DNA of 64,000 nt from Perna viridis. Taxonomy: Eukaryota. Below the pieces are notes generated by a model, which was not told where the DNA came from, searched no databases, and saw only the letters and a program-made list of their open reading frames with translations. The translations under genes and the position numbers were made by a program. The stretch spans positions 3,782,001 through 3,846,000 of the forward strand of contig CM074515.1 of assembly GCA_037379345.1 (NCBI GenBank), in the 5' to 3' direction. Shown one piece after another: positions 13,121 to 27,800 of this stretch; within the stretch, counting starts at the first letter, position 1; each line of letters opens with the position of its first letter.

Positions 13121-14192
13121 AACAAAACTTGTTACATGTTTCCGTGTTCATGGTATAATGTTTCTCTAAAATAAATTCCCCATATTGGTTCTTCCATCAA
13201 TAAATGTATGAGAGGGTTGGAAGGGAGTTTTTTGTGACCCAACCACTCATACATATTTCTAAGGATTAATGCACCTCCTGAATTCCCCACATACTGCGCG
13301 AAATGTAGAAAAAAAACACCCCTTTTTGACATAGAACTCAATAAAAAAAAATTCAATAACTCAAAAATAAAGCAAAGAATCATCACGATGAAGTGTACAG
13401 ATCTTTAGATCAATATAACTAACAAGTGTGTAAAGTTTTACGCAGTAATCATAAATAGTTCCTGAGGTACGATGCGACATGTGAAAAAAACACACCTTTT
13501 AAAAAAATCAATCACTCGAAAATAGAATATTGAATCGTAACCAAAAAGTATACAGATATTAGATGAATATAACTAACAAGTGTGTTAAGTTTTAAGTAAT
13601 ACTAGTGATCATATATCATTTTTGAGATACGGCGCGACATGTGAAAATAATCATCAATCGTTCCCTATTTAGTTACAATCCTTAACTGGCAAGTTTTAAT
13701 CCGGTTTCAACCAAAAGTATACAAACCTTTTGACCATCACAAGAAAAAAACTATGTTAAATTTCAAGAAAATTGGATAAATTGTTCTCAAGTTACGGTGC
13801 GACATGTGAAAAAAAAGGTCGCGTTTTTACAATTAAAAACTCAACAACTTGAAGATGAAATTTTGAATCATCACCAGAAAGAATACAGATCTTTAGATTA
13901 ATATAACTAACAAGCGTGTAAAGTTTTAAGTAATAATCATAAATCGTTTTTGAGATACGCCGCGACATGTGCAAATAATCCCAAATTGTTCCCTATTTTA
14001 GTTACAAAGTCATATAACTCGAAAATTTATAATCTAATTTCCACTAAAAAGTATACAGACCGTTTAACCATCATAAGAAACAACTCTCTTTAATTTTCAA
14101 GAAATATGAATCGGTTCTCTAGTTAAATATGGTGCGACATGTTTACGACGATCAGAAGGACGCCGGACAATTGTATATCATATCATAAAAAA
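13121..14192 (+). mobile_element. Non-autonomous pearl/DINE-1-like (Helentron-associated) element with five internal ~160-176 bp repeats
   Basis: AACAA... start; GCGACATG anchors at 13474, 13634, 13799, 13962, 14134 (variant GCGAAATG at 13298); GACG-like tail and ATAAAAAA end. The family name is inferred from architecture. Confidence 0.65.
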
Positions 14193-14899
14193 TGTTACTC
14201 TTTAATTGCCTGCAAAATTGAGGAAAATTGTAAAAATATCAATAAAATGTGTTCACTTCCATGATAAAATGCATATGGCGAAGTGTTGCCTTACGCATTT
14301 TCTGACAAAAAAAATTATTAAAATCAATGAAACATTACTTCATATCCTTGGTTTGATTGTAAAAGTTGCAATTTCACTGTAATTGTTAAAAAAATAACAA
14401 AAAGGAACTGAAAAGCTCCTAGTTCACGGTCCTTAACGTCATCCATTCACGATCAAACTGTAGTACTTGACTTATATTATCGATCTATCATGTTCATTTC
14501 TCTTGCTAGACAGGGTGACGGGGCGTTCCTGCATATCTTCATAATTGGTTAAATAGAGCTTGGGTGGTATTTATTTTTACACACAGATGCTAGGTGAATT
14601 CGAGAAATTAATTCCATCTAAATATACCACATTATAATTATTACCTGCATATTATTTGATTTTATTGTGATATTGGTGTCCCTAAGACGGACACGGGGGC
14701 GGAGCGACCCCTCAGCTTAAAAAAAAACTTGGTTGGTTATATAGGAATTCGCTATAAATCACTGGGGCGAACTCTCCCAGGCCAGCCAGTACCACATTTT
14801 TGGAATCTCTTGTGACCAGACCACAAAAACATCATCCATGCGAAAAAAACAGTCTATGGTATATCAATATGTCGCAAAGAGTTGTGCCCGTTCCTAAAA

Positions 14900-15800
14900 T
14901 TTGCGTTTGGAAAACCGTTGCTCAACTGAGTTTGGCAGTGACGTGTAACTGTATTTCATTAACTCTATTTTGAATAGACGTTTAGGAAATTGTAGACGGC
15001 TCAAGCAGGCAGTGTTGAAATAAGTCCCGGTAACGAGGAAAATATATCGATAATTCGCAGCTCATGCACCACACTAGTCTACAATTTTTAATATCATGGC
15101 ATTTGAAGATAATATAAAAGTCGATAAAAACGAAATAATATCAATGCTTTTCAATATAATGTCATGTTTTATCGACCATGTTGACCAAAATTATATCGGT
15201 AACAGTAATTAACCAACATTTTTTTTTTCAATTTAAATTTCGCGGTTTTCGCACTTGACATACGGGTCATTTCGTTCTCAAGCCTCGTTTCTATGGCCGA
15301 AACTCATCACCGCCATTTTGGATTAATTTTTGCCAAAATATGTCCCTTGAAGAACCGAATACAACCCAAATTCAGCTCGAAAACATTGGTGGTAAGCTTT
15401 GGTGCACAGAAATAAATACACTTGAACAAAAATCAATTAGATCTTTACAATATCATGTTATTAATCAAGATTAATTGTCGTTATGCTGGTCTGATAGTTC
15501 CACATTCATTGTCCACAACATTGGGCGCAGTGATATGAGAAATTTTGCTGACAGTATTCCTACTCCGGCCGCGTAGAGATATTGATATAAATAAAACGCT
15601 AGTGATTATTGTTTGAGTATAAAATTGCTTGAATATTTAGTGTATTTTCTTACGAAATATGTTTATTTTAGACGAACCTCGACCCTTTCGTAAATCAAGG
15701 AGTTTTTGTCCATTTCTTGTCGCACTTCGAATTGTTTCGTCCGCCTACTTTTACTTTCTGTTTACCCACGACGTCCCTTGCTCAAGTTGACGCGTATGTT
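14900..15800 (+). promoter_or_regulatory. CpG-rich promoter region of ZNF236 with YY1 site CCGCCATTTT (15310-15319)
   Basis: High CpG density around exon 1 that collapses after ~16.3 kb; consensus YY1 motif ~20 nt upstream of the ATG, a position typical of housekeeping promoters. Confidence 0.7.
15340..15391 (+). CDS. ZNF236: ZNF236 exon 1 ([17 protein letters not shown])
   Basis: ATG in the CpG-rich promoter just after a YY1 motif; donor G|GTAAGC; phase 1 joins the exon 2 frame (G+AT=Asp). Confidence 0.8.
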
Positions 15801-18800
15801 TAACCCCACCATGTGTTTTTTTTAGGAAAGCCTTTCCAGCTGATGATTGCTATACTGTTCTCCCCACAGTCAGTCTTGATATATCTTTTTGTCCTGCCAA
15901 TATTCTGAGTTAATTTATAAATATGAAACGTTTGATATAAACTATGTATAATGGTTTTTTTTTTCTCTATTTAAAAACAAAATGTTACTCAATCTGATTA
16001 GGCTGGGGACATATAAACAACGGCTCTATGCAAACACACATAATTCAAAACCTCAATGAAATCAGACACTATGAAATTAGAAAATATTAATGTTACAAAT
16101 AGCAATTTAACAGGGCTTAAGTTGAATGTTCTACACCATTCAAAGTTTCAAATCAATGGCCCACACATTCCTGGACAGGCTGCCTCTTCAGGGCAATTGT
16201 CCACACGCCCAATTTGTATCAATAACATACGGAGTTGTGACAGAAACACTTGATGCGCCAAGGAAATATTGTTTAACTTATCCGCAAATCTGCGACTATT
16301 AATGACTTCGCGAACTGTGTTTACATTTAATTAACTGAACAGTTTTCTAATGAAATAAATTTTATACATTCCCCTATTGTTTGTTATGTGTTTAGTTGAA
16401 AATGGACAAATTTTATGTTGGTTAGACACAGAACAAGTCACATAAGTTATGATGACTGGTGCCAAACTAGGTGCATTATGATTATAAATGTGCCTGATTG
16501 AAACATTTGCCGAAACAATCTTTCAGGATGTGCAAACATTGTTTGAAATAGTCTTTCAAGCTTTTAAATATGTATTTTGTCATAATTCTGAATGATATTT
16601 TATCAGTATACATGTATGTTGCATCAGATACAATTTTGTAACTTTTATTGTATTTTTTTCATTTGGTATGTATTTGTATACAATGAATTTCTCAAAATTT
16701 CCATATTACTTTTGTAAATGAAGTGTTGCCGTCATGATTCCATGTTTTATGGACCAGAATGTGTTGATAAGCCACCACTGCCAAAGTAAAAATCGTTGAT
16801 ATGTTAATGATCTAGTCTAAAATTAAGAATTGAGATTTTGAAGGTTATAGGTAAAAAAAATTAGGGTTCCATACTTCTGATACAATTAATTTGAACCCAA
16901 ACATGGTCCTTCTGCAAGTGCCATGAAGTCCAGTGCTTTGAGAGTGTAAAATTTATTATCAAAATGTTTAACTTCAGCATTGTTTTCTACAATAATCACA
17001 AAACTTACACAATATGATCTTAAAATAAAATTAAATTGAATACATCTTGTGACAAAAGGTGTGACTAATTGCATTTAAAATTAAAAATAGAACCAAATAC
17101 TGCTTGAAAAGTACTGAAAAAATGTTTTATGTCCATTGTAGATTATGCACAGTTTATCAGCCAGGCCACTATTGCTCATGTTGCCCATGTATCAGAATCT
17201 GGAGAAATTGTAGCATTTGTAGAACAACATGTGGATCCTAATCAACAAGAGAACATTGACCCAAACCAAATTACACTTGCCAACTTTGATCCACAACAAC
17301 TACAGGTTGAACATGTGGTTTTTGAACAGTTACCAGAAGGGACCCAGATTCAGACGCTGGAGTTCTTACCTCCCCTTCAGCAGCAACAACAGCAACAACA
17401 ACCAGTACAGGTACCTGAACCAAAGAAGGCTGATATCAAACCACCTGTAGGCAAGGTACATGTATATACCTCACATTATTGGTAGCACTAGTGATACTTT
17501 CTAATGATACTGATTTTCATTAGTTACAGGAACTTATTATAAAAATTGGTAATTCATTTTTAGATAAGATTCACATGTATAGATGTAAACTTTAACATAC
17601 TCCATCCAACAGTATAAACTCCAATAAATAAAACTTTACTTGGTAATCTTGCACTTATATACACAAGACCATTACCTGAAACAAATGTTAATTGTAAGTT
17701 GTTTGAGGAATATTTTGCTTATTTGTTGAAGAGGTTGATTAAATACCTAATTTGGGCTATTGGCTGAGACATATTGTGCTTGCAAGTGAACCTCAGACAA
17801 CGGGTAATATAACATAAGCAAATTTTATTATTTTTTAGGGACCTTTTCCATGTGAGTCTTGTGACAAAATATTCCCAAAATGGAACCAACTGCAGAGACA
17901 CATGAAGAGTCACGAGGAGGACAAGCCATACAGGTGTTCTCAGTGTTCTTTGTCATTCAATATGGAGGAGAATCTCAAATTACATCAAGCGACCCATGTA
18001 CCACCAGATGGAGAACCAACCTGTCCAGAGTGTGGGAAGACATTTTCACGTGTGGCTAGTCTGAAAGCCCATATCATGCTTCACGAGAAAGAAGAGACTT
18101 TAATGTGTACAGAATGTGGTGATGAATTCAGTATACAGGTATTAAATATTTGATTGTCTTTTTATGTAATACCTCTGGTTAGAAGGAACTTGATATTTAT
18201 GCTTAAAAAAAAAATCTTCTGTCAACTTTTATACAAATTTGTGGTTATATAATGGTATGGTGGTGTGGGCATCGTTGTCATCATCAGAGTTTGAATTTGT
18301 AGAGTGTAGACGCTTGCTTCTTGTGTCATAGTATAAATAATGGTTGATCTTAATAAATTATATAATAAGGTTCTATACCATGAATGCAAGGCTGGTATTG
18401 ATTTTGAGCATTATTGAATGAGGGACCAGAAACAAGCATTTCCTAAAATTTAATTATATTAAACTCAAGTGTCTGTGATATTGCTTCATAATATTTTGTT
18501 CCAGAAAAGCCAGGCAGGGATTGCCTTTGGAGGTTCAGAATTGAACCTATGGGAATGAGGGCCAAAAAGTGACCAGAAGCACACATTTTCTAGATGTTCA
18601 GGCAGTAATTTGACTATATAAAGTAATTTGAAAATGTATCACAAGGTGCCATACCACCAAAGGAAGACTTGGAGTAATTTTGGGCTATGACTTGAACTAA
18701 TTAAAAAATAGGGGAAGATAAAGGGTTTACTACTGTCCAGACAATAACATGAGTAAATGTGAATGAATCTCTTAAATAGTGTGACAAGGTGCCATATTTT

Positions 18801-21800
18801 GAAAGGTGACTTGGATTTTCAGGGTTGTGACATGAGCCAATTAAGCATTAGGGTCACAAATGGACCAGAAACAAGACTTTTTCTGATAACTTGAATTAAA
18901 GGAAATGGATCTCTTTGAAATTAACTGAACTACAAAGTACTATACTTCCAAAGGAAGTTTGGTACTGTTTTTTGAGGTTGTGGGTGGAACCATTTACGAA
19001 TTAGGGACCAAAAGGGTAAAATTCTTATCTTTTGTTAAATAATACTGTTAGGGAAGGAAGATTGCTTTCAAATCAAGCTGCTCCCAGCAAAGTATTTTAT
19101 TTTAATTTTTCATAATTTTTTTTATATAAAAAAATATAAATCTAATAAACATGTATGTTTTTTATCAATGAAAAAAATTCCTTCTAAAGACTGATTGTAG
19201 AGAGCATGTCATTGACTTCTGAAGTTGATCCCAAAGATGGCAGTTATTGTACATGTATACTCCCAAAGATGACAGTTATTTTACATGTATACTTCCAAAG
19301 ATGGCAGTTAACAAATTTGGTGTATATAGGGCTGTTGGAGAACCATGATTTATAGTATTGCTGGAAATATGCAAGATTATTGAATTTTCACTTGTCACAT
19401 TTTTTCCTGCACAGAAATGATTTGTGGTAAATTCAACTTGGCACATTAAAACTTCAGTACCTCAATCATGACATAATTCACTATCAGTCATTGAGAATTG
19501 AAGTTTTGCCTTTCCTATTCTTAGTTGAGAAATAATGTCCACATTAGAATTTGTCTGAATGATGTCTTATTTCAAGAGTCATTTATGGTGGCACTTCCCC
19601 TGTAATTACTTGAAACATACCTTCTTTAATTTTTAGTTTCAGTTAGACAAACATATGCAGGAACATAGAAGAGAGCAGGCAGGAGCATCTAAATGTTATC
19701 CTTGTAAACAGTGTAATATGAAGTTTGGTAAACCAGCATTACTTAGAGAACACATGAAACAACACTACAAAATCAAGTAGGTTTCCTTTTAACATTATAT
19801 CTGTCATCTGCTTTTTCTGGCCCAAAAAAAAAAGATTTTTGTTTTCTGGAGATGTGAATTATAAACCAATATACACGTAATTTAAAAAAAGGGAAAAATT
19901 ACTGAAACTTCGAACAGAAGTTAAGTCACCACTAGACTACTGTTCTCTGCAGCAAGACCACAAATCCAGATCAAATCCACCAAGTTGAGTATATGTTAAT
20001 AGTCCTATGCAATGGATGGCTTTACGTATTATTTATTAATAAACTTTTCATTACAGTTACAATATTGGTTAAAGCACAATATCTCCACATTAACATTTTC
20101 AGTATTTGTTCTTGTTTTTTTTTTTAGAGCTTCACTTGTACATAGACCTTACAAGAGAAACATAGACAGATCTTCATTTCATTACAAATGTCAACACTGT
20201 GGTAAAATGTTCCAGAAACCCAGTCAGTTAGTCCGACATAACCGTATACACACAGGTACAGTATATAGTGGCAGGTTCAGTGTTGATGCTTATAGGTTAA
20301 CACATTAATTTACATGTACCAGGTGCAATGTTGTTTTTATTTAAAGAGATCCATCAGAAGAGTTTCCACAGTTTTATTTTCATTATAAACCTAGTAATAA
20401 TGCATACAAGTGGCTGTATTTTATAAGTGATAGTTTGCAAAATTAGTAATCAGTATTGTGTTAATTGTCAAGATAAGTATTATCTACATTTCAGGTGAAA
20501 GACCCTACACATGCACAATTTGTGATCGTTCTTTTAACCAGAAAGGAGCATTAAGAATACACATGAGCAAACACACAGGAGATAAACCATATATCTGTGA
20601 CTTCTGTCCACACACATTTGCTCAACGAGGCAATCTGAGAGCACATATTAAGGTATGTCTTAGTTTAATAATTACATTCTGTTTTTTTTTTTCATGAGAT
20701 TTGATTTTAAACCTTTTAAAATTTAATTCATAGAAAATATGTACAAATTGAAAATACAAAAAAAAATTAAATCCTTCAAACCCTTGTGTTAAAGAACATT
20801 TTTATAAGCTCATCTTTATAGACTGGATTTATTATGATGTAATATTGTTCTTCCATCCAACATATTTCAGACAGTTACTAAAAACACTTAAAGCAAGCTC
20901 CCTTCAAATTATTATTTTTCTAAATTTTTCATTTGTTAGTTACAAGACTTGATTTGTAAGAAGGGACAATATTTACTTTGCACTGAATCAACTGAAATAC
21001 TTGTCAACAGATACATATATATATAGACCATAACAGTGATTTGACTTGAAATAAAGCTGATATATGGATGACGCTTAAAACTGCAGGAAAATTTGAATCT
21101 GTGTTGAGCATTTTCACCAGTTTGAGCTGACTTTGTATATCAAAGTTTTTGTAAAGTCAGTGCACTGTTATTGTCTTTATACAGCATCAAAAATGTAAAA
21201 GAAAAATGACGTTAAAATCAAGAAAAACATTTTTATTTGAAGTGGGTGACATCCTGGAAACTTCAAAACAATGTAACATTTGTGATGTCACAACAGAACG
21301 TTTTATTCAGTCACTTGTGAATATTCAGTCAATGCATTTTGACTGCTCAAATAGAAAAGTTGCAGTATAAAAAGATAATATAGTGTTCATGCACTTGAAT
21401 GTTTCCATACAATATATTGATAATTATAGAGAGTCCACACTTTACCTGAGGATGGCGAAGAGTTCCAAACATTTAGATGTACTGAGTGTAGTTGTGTCTT
21501 TAAGAAGCTTGGAAGTTTAAATGCTCATATTAGTAGAGAGCACTCAGAACAAACTGTAAGTTGCTATAAGTTCAACACTCATATGTTTTTAAGTTCTTAA
21601 TATTCATACTTTAAGGACAGGTGTTAGAACTTGATTAAATCGTGTAAGTGGTAGGGTTACTATAAGCATGCCCTTATCAAATGTTTTTTTTTTATGAATT
21701 GTATGTTTTGTCATTCTGTCTATTGTGACTTATCAGTGACTTGTGAAAATGTATAAAAAGGAACAATTATAAATCCATTTTCATTGTTATATATGAACGT

Positions 21801-24800
21801 TACCGTATATTTATAGGAAATTTCATTACCTAATGATTCTGGGAAACAGCTAATAACAGAAGAACATAATGAGATTGTTATAAATCAGATACTATCTTTA
21901 TCGGGTGAAACAAACCAGGAATCATCCAATCAACAGTCAGAAGACATACAGACACAAGACAGCAGTGACTCTAAGGTACCTAATATGTGCAAAATATCAA
22001 TCTCCTTCACATAGGGTAAACTTGCTATTTCATAGCTCTACACCTGTTAAACCCCATCCTTTTATGTAAATAAGTACAGTACACTGGAAACAGATTCACA
22101 GATTTGCAATGAGTCATACCCTGTATAACAGAGCTGCTACAGGATTGGTACATAGTAAATCAGGAAGCAGTTAAAGTATTATAGAAGAGATTGGCACAAA
22201 ATAGAACCATACAGTATACATGTATATATATTTACATTTGTTTGAGGACAATGTTCTTTTTTCTGATGGACTTAAGGAAGTTTGTTTATTTGTATTTAGC
22301 TTGTACTTTTGTTATGACATATTATTTACTATTCACATCTTATCTGTTGTCTGTGAAACAAACATTTTCTACTAAAGTACAGTATTGCACATATTTTGTT
22401 TAATTTTTTTTTTTTTTCATCTTGTAAATTTCATTTAAAATAGTATTTTGAATTAGCCTTATTACATTTCAGAGCCCAAATGATATCCTTCAGCAAGCTT
22501 TAGAAAACAGTGGTCTGCCTAGTGGTGAGACAGACAATGCACCTCCACCACCAACCACAACAGCCAGTACAGGTTTGACTCCTATAGCTCCGGCCCCAGG
22601 GACTGTAATATCTAATAATACTGTCACCCAAACTGTTACCACCATGACTTTACAGGATTCAGCTACTGGTTCCATCAAGAAACATATCATTAGAAAGGTA
22701 CTATAATTGAAGATGTATTGCTTATATCTGTAAGAAAGTTTCCTCAAGAAGACAATAGGAGGAAAAAGTTTTGCAGATGGCTTATTCTTCTTCTGATGCT
22801 TGTGCTGTTTTCTCACTTTATTCGTACTCCAGTTACCATTGTGAAGCATAAACTTCAAGACTTTAAGAAAGGAATGAGTTTCCCATATATCCTGCACTGG
22901 AAATCGAAGAATGCATTTGTGGAACCTTTTGACATTGCAACAGAAACTACAAGTATCTGATTTCTTGAAGAGGATTACAAATTTTCTTTTTTCATTTTTC
23001 CATATGCTTTGAATTACATTTGATTTTTTATTACAAATAACATATGAACTATATTTTTGAACCTTTCTTAACTTCTCTTTCAGGTCAATGGTGTCCGATG
23101 GCATCAGTGTACTTACTGTGCCAAAGAATTCAAGAAACCAAGTGATTTAGTTCGTCACATTCGTATCCATACTCATGAGAAGCCCTATAAGTGTACCCAG
23201 TGCTTCAGATCATTTGCTGTAAAGAGTACTTTGACAGCCCACATTAAAACCCATTCTGGTATAAAGGACTACAAATGCTGTTTATGTAACAAGATGTTCT
23301 CTACTCAAGGAAGTCTCAAAGTTCATCTCAGGATGCATACAGGTATATTTAGTGACACCAGAACTACAAATAAGGACAAGTCAACCTCTAACCACTAATA
23401 TTTATATCCCTGCCCGTAGCATTGAATATTCCTTATACAGTGGTAATATTTAAAATTTTTGTCACATTTTTCTCAGCTAATGTTGATTACAGGTAACATG
23501 TACACTTACAGAAAAATCTGCTTTGCTGAATCGAACTGCATGTTTTGTCTTATTCTGGTAGCTGACATCATGGTCAGCAGACCGCCTTGCTGATATATTG
23601 TACTAAGCTCAGGGATCTCCATGGATCAAGATGAACACATGGCTCACTCTCCAGTTGGACAAATTTTCATGATAGCATGTGTTCTTTCAGGCAGAAAATA
23701 AATTGCCGAAGAAAGTATGATAAGATTGAATGAGTCAGACCTATTTACTAGCACAAGCTACAACATAGAAATTAACAATCAACAATGGTTAATCTTTCTG
23801 TGTTGTCAAATTCAATTTTCCAAAGGTCAAGTTTTCTCTTCCCTAGACTTGACCATAGGTCCACAGCTCTAGATAAGTTAAAATCACTGGCAGGTATGGC
23901 CATTTTGTTGATACCTGTAACCATTTAACAAGTTCTTTATAATTTTGCTAGACAGTTATAAGTAGTTTTCGTCTGATTCTGTGTCATCAAACAATCTTTT
24001 AGAGTTTTTGGGAGTTGATCCATCACCCTTTCAAGAGAGTTGATTAAATTAGATTGCCTTTCTGTGTCCGATAAATGTAGAGGTCTTTAAGACATTGTAA
24101 AAATTTAAGATAATCTTACTTTCTCTTCGGCCACATCGATCTTTGTCAAATTGAACTCAACTCTTAATACTTTCTATATTTTATTAAATGAAAAGTTAAA
24201 AAAAATATTCATTTAAATAAAACAGTGGAAATCATTCAGCTTATTAGAATCTTATTGATTTTGCCGACAGTGATAATCACTAATTTGACAGATCCGAGCT
24301 TTGTTTACAAACGTTTCTCTCCTGACACATTAAACATCTGGAAATTACAGGTTATCAATAGGTGAGAGTAATTGGGAAATACAGTACTGATTTGCAATGC
24401 ATAACGCGAATCTGAATACATGGCACAGATCAAATAAACACATTGCGCTGGTTTTGAATTCATGGCTCAAGGAAAGTAACACATGGCACAGTGCCATGTA
24501 TAACAAGGTCATGGAGAACCCTGAAGCTTCCTGTAAGGATGTTGTATCCTGGGATGTGTTTGCAGAAAAAACATGAATTTCCTTTTATCATGATGGAAAG
24601 TGGGAGTCGCATTAGTGAGCTGTTGCTCACAGAATTTTTGTTTCCCTGTTTTTTGCTTATTGGAATAGAAAACATTTAATATTAAAAGTAGGGTGATAGC
24701 AAGAAAACAAAAGCCCCCAAAAGGTTTATTTACAGTAAAACCACACTCATAAGATAAGATCTTGTTTCAGGTGCCAAACCATTTGAATGTCCACAATGTG

Positions 24801-27800
24801 ATAAGACCTTTAGAACATCAGCCCACAGGAAAAGTCATATTACATCACATTTTAAAGATGGAGACATGGAGCGAAAACCTAAGAGAATGTTCAGGAAGTT
24901 ATCTAAACAAGATATAGGGGTGTCAGATATACCACTACAGGAACCTATATTGATTACTGATACAGGTATTGTTTATATTTAGTGTTTTCCTTTTACATTC
25001 AGGAAATTGTCCAGCTGTGTTGGTGCTAGAAAGACACTATGAGACAAATGCTAATAAAGATAAACATTTATCGAAAAGTATATTGAACACATTTATTTAT
25101 ATGTATAATGTTAATAGTTGCATAGAACTTCCAAGTCTTTTTTTGACTAAATGTTTTCTTAATATCCACATGTACATTTTATGAACATAAATAGGTTAAC
25201 AACCATGTTTAAAATTAATCTACAATTTTCTTATTGTTGATGTGGAAGTTAATTGCATACATATTCCTTTGCAATGATATCCTCTGTAGGCCAAATAGAC
25301 ACTGATTTTTTGTAGCATTTATTTTTGGACTGAAAAGAGACATTTTGCCTATTGGTGTGGCTGAACACAACCCCCAAAAATTCATTGTTGTCAATTTATC
25401 GTTCAGATTTTACATTTAATAGCAAAATATAGTCTAACTACCCTGCACTTGACATTTATCTGAATTTTTATGAAATGTTATTTAAAACAGAGTTTATCAT
25501 AAATATCATAATTTTTAGGTTTAATTCAGCAGCCCCCAAGAAACAACTTATTGAACCAGTATCTTGGTGAAGCAGGTAGTGTTGATAGACCTTATAAATG
25601 TGGATTCTGCTCTCGTGGATATAAAAAGTCTAGTCATCTTAAACAGCATATCAGATCACATACAGGTACTTTGGAATAAATTCAAAATGAAAAATAGGGT
25701 TAATTTCATGAAAAAAAGAACAACTGTGATTAATATAATATATGTATTTAGGAAATTTGATATTAGATAAAATGTAGGTTGGCAAGTAAATAATAAAAAG
25801 TAATAAAATCCACAGCAAGAAACTTACAAAGACTATATTTTTAAACCATATGGTTCTTTTCTTTAGTTATCTCCCTTTTCCTGTCTGTTTGATTTAGTAA
25901 CTTGTTCAATGTACACAGCCAAAAAAAAATATGCCAGAATTTTTAGATTTTTTTTGTAAAATGTTTCTGATTTTACACTAACCATATGTTCATAGCTTAA
26001 ATATATTAGATGTTATAATTCATGTACAAGTAAATTTATTGGCCTATATTAAGTAATCTAATGTGTTCTGTAGGAGAGAAGCCATACAAATGTATCCAGT
26101 GTATGAAATCCTTTGTATCCAGTGGAGTATTAAAAGCTCATATCAGGACTCATACTGGAGTTAAAGCTTATAAATGTCTCATCTGTGATAGTTTGTTTAC
26201 TACAAATGGCAGTCTGAAACGACATATGTCTACACATAGTGAAGTCAGACCATTCATGTGTCCTTATTGTCAGAAAACATTTAAAACATCTGTTAACTGC
26301 AAGAAACATATGAAAACTCATAGGTAGGTTAGCATTAATTCAACATAAAAGCTAATGAATTTAGTTGAAACCAGGTGTAGTTTAATTGGAACAAATTTCA
26401 CCTTTGATAATTTGATAATTTTTTTCATTGTTGAATAGTATAGTACTATTGCATTATATTGTGAAAATTATTCTGAGCAGATATTGAACTGCTGACCTTG
26501 CAAGGAATTACATTTAACATTATATGTACAATGATATCTTTTGAACTATGTAGTAAGGAATGAGTGTTTTAGATATCCTTATGTGCTGGTATGATACAAA
26601 TCTCATTCTTTTACAAATTTATTCATTATTGGATTTCTTTGAATATTGATCATAATTCCATATTCACACTAGTGCAATATACTTCTCACTTCTAAATTTT
26701 ATCCACTCAGTCATTTTATTCTTGAATAATTTCATCAGTATTAATGTCATCTACATAAAATCCATCAAAAATTTGAAGAAGAATTTTACATACATTTTAC
26801 AATGATTGATATCATTCATTTTGTATGTAGACAATGCAGTCAATTTTTGATGTTTATTGCAGTCCTTTTCTTTGATTTTTCTAATGAAATAAAGAAGCAG
26901 ATATTTATCACTTTATAATGATACTATATATTGTTTTTTTTTTATAATTGTAAGCAAGTTAATCTCTATGAATAAAACTAGTGGTACGATTTTTTAGTGT
27001 CATCAGCAAAGTAATAATAGTTTTCATATAAAAATAATGTTAGACATAAAAAAATGTAGATTTAAGTTATTTAGGTAAATGACTATAGTTTTGTTGATTT
27101 CAGACATGAACTTGCTCTGCAAGCTTTACAACAGAACAATGATGATGTAGATGATGATGGAGATAAAGATCAGTCTGACATTGTAGAGGAAAATAGCCTT
27201 GCTGACCTTGTGCTCCAGCAAACTGACCAATCAGCTACCATTAATCAATCAGATAGTCTGGCTCCAGCAGGCATACAGGATGCCCTCAATACAGCCAGTT
27301 TAGATCAACAGTTACAGCAGACTCTTAATCATCAGGTACAAGTTAACACTATTAAATAATAGCAGGTCTTAACAACTCTTGTCTATCGTGGTATTTATTA
27401 GTTTGAATGATATTTTTCTTTGACAGATGGTAAGTAATACATTTACTGTTGACATAAAACTGATTTCAAATATCAAAAAAAAATTGTGAATGAAAACAAA
27501 ATCTGGCAATAAATCTTTTTACTTATAATTTTTACACTTTGTGTAATAAAAAATCTCTGAATTAAACAGATATTTGGCCAGACACAGTTCAGCCAGAGCT
27601 TGTTGGGATCAGGACAGCAGAACTTTACACAGCTGAATCAACAGATGGGTAATCAGATACAGCCTCAGAATGTCATGACAACCCAGCTGACCAATCAAAC
27701 ATCAATTAACAACCAGTTAGCCACGCCTCTCAGTGATACGATGACCAACCAACACGCTACACACCTGAATACAGGAATATTTGATGCAAATAGTTTCCAG

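Noticed and set aside
22490-23104. 204-aa minus-strand ORF and 80-aa plus ORF (22718-22960)
   Set aside because: The first is the antisense shadow of ZNF236 exons 9-10 plus intron, with no recognisable domain. The plus ORF is out of frame with exon 9.
23490-24650. Possible hAT-like insertion in ZNF236 intron 10 (CAGG...CCTG ends, some CpG retained)
   Set aside because: TIR similarity is too weak and I found no convincing 8-bp TSD.
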